A DNA stretch of 64,000 nucleotides. It comes from a virus. Its lineage: Duplodnaviria > Caudoviricetes. The stretch spans positions 1-64,000 of IMG/VR virus record IMGVR_UViG_3300031994_000053; one strand, 5' to 3'. This document shows positions 63,416-64,000 of this stretch, in pieces; within the stretch, counting starts at the first letter, position 1, and every line of letters starts with the position of its first letter. Position numbers and translations under genes: made by a program. Below the pieces are notes generated by a model. It was not told the origin of the DNA. It did not search any database and saw only the letters and a program-made list of their open reading frames with translations.

Positions 63416-63859
63416 CTATGCGTACGCTAGGTTTTCTTCGGCTTTCCGAATAAACGACACGTCACCAAGCACCGCGGCCGCGTGCGCTTCGTTCCAATCG
63501 ACACCCATCGCCCGGGCGTACCGCTCCAGAGTTCGTGCTTCCATATCGGCGACATGTGCTTTGGCCGCGTCGACCGCTGCCGCATAGTCAGCTCTTTCGG
63601 ACTCCTCTACGTAACGCCGCATAAAGAACTGGCGCGTCCCCTCCCGGGACAACGTCTGTTTTGACATGTCTACGCCGAAACTGCCGAACGCCGCATACGG
63701 GTTCAACGACGCGGCCGTGGCGAGTTCGGACGCCTCATGGTAGTCCATGTCGGCCAGATTACCCTCGGCCATCGCCATCCGAAGGGAGTCTCCAGCCATG
63801 CGGGCCATCAAGGTCACGGCAACGCCAGTCTCCGCCAACTGTGGCGTGTTCCCATCCAT
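63416..63859 (-). CDS. Hypothetical protein, probable internal virion protein
   Basis: 147 aa from ATG 63859 with GGAGGG SD; overlaps the upstream TAA. Confidence 0.7.
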   Translation of the reverse strand: MDGNTPQLAETGVAVTLMARMAGDSLRMAMAEGNLADMDYHEASELATAASLNPYAAFGSFGVDMSKQTLSREGTRQFFMRRYVEESERADYAAAVDAAKAHVADMEARTLERYARAMGVDWNEAHAAAVLGDVSFIRKAEENLAYA

Positions 63860-64000
63860 TAAGCGCCCTCCCAAGACTGTTCGTATGACATGCCTTTATA
63901 CCTGCCGGTGGCGACCCGTGGTTTCCTCGACTCTTCTGGGTTCACAGGACCGACCCAACGGTTTGAACGATCCCGGTTATCCCGCCAGACCTGTCCGGCT
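63859..64000 (-). CDS. C-terminal fragment of an upstream gene (truncated by window edge)
   Basis: Open frame AGQVWRDNRDRSNRWVGPVNPEESRKPRVATGRYKGMSYEQSWEGA-stop, TAA overlapping the next ATG. Confidence 0.55.
   Translation of the reverse strand, partial: AGQVWRDNRDRSNRWVGPVNPEESRKPRVATGRYKGMSYEQSWEGA

Noticed and set aside
1-64000. Stop-codon reassignment, as in some gut phages
   Set aside because: Genes are full length and end in TAA, TAG and TGA under the standard code; no suppressor tRNA seen

Overview
A 64-kb slice of a high-GC (roughly two-thirds G+C by eye) tailed dsDNA bacteriophage genome using the standard genetic code. Layout: (i) a minus-strand tail/fibre cassette at 1-4957 with two collagen-like genes, behind a perfect sigma70 promoter; (ii) a divergent control region with tandem hairpins and an AT-rich palindrome (5.0-6.9 kb); (iii) a plus-strand early region of mostly orphan genes that includes an amidoligase plus class-II glutamine amidotransferase pair (5.4-18.5 kb); (iv) a replication module with SF2 helicase, S8 protease, Cas4-like nuclease, SSB-like protein, PolA, adenine methylase, primase-helicase and RuvC-like resolvase (18.6-33.4 kb); (v) an accessory/anti-defence block with a terminase-small-like HTH protein, HU-like protein, GroES, gp49/gp66-family protein, Tad2/DUF2829, a GT25-GT2-TPR glycosyltransferase and DUF3310 (33.4-40.1 kb); (vi) a minus-strand block of probable ejected virion proteins (40.0-64 kb). 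The most notable element is a 6615-aa polyvalent protein carrying an R-x-P...DHDGD two-barrel RNA polymerase signature, a lower-GC NADAR domain inserted beside or within the polymerase region, and an HExxH metallopeptidase, followed in frame by a lysozyme-LysM gene. No large terminase, portal, capsid, integrase, tRNA, CRISPR array or reverse transcriptase was recognised in the window. All family assignments come from motif recognition by eye; no searches were run and the host is not determinable from what I can see.
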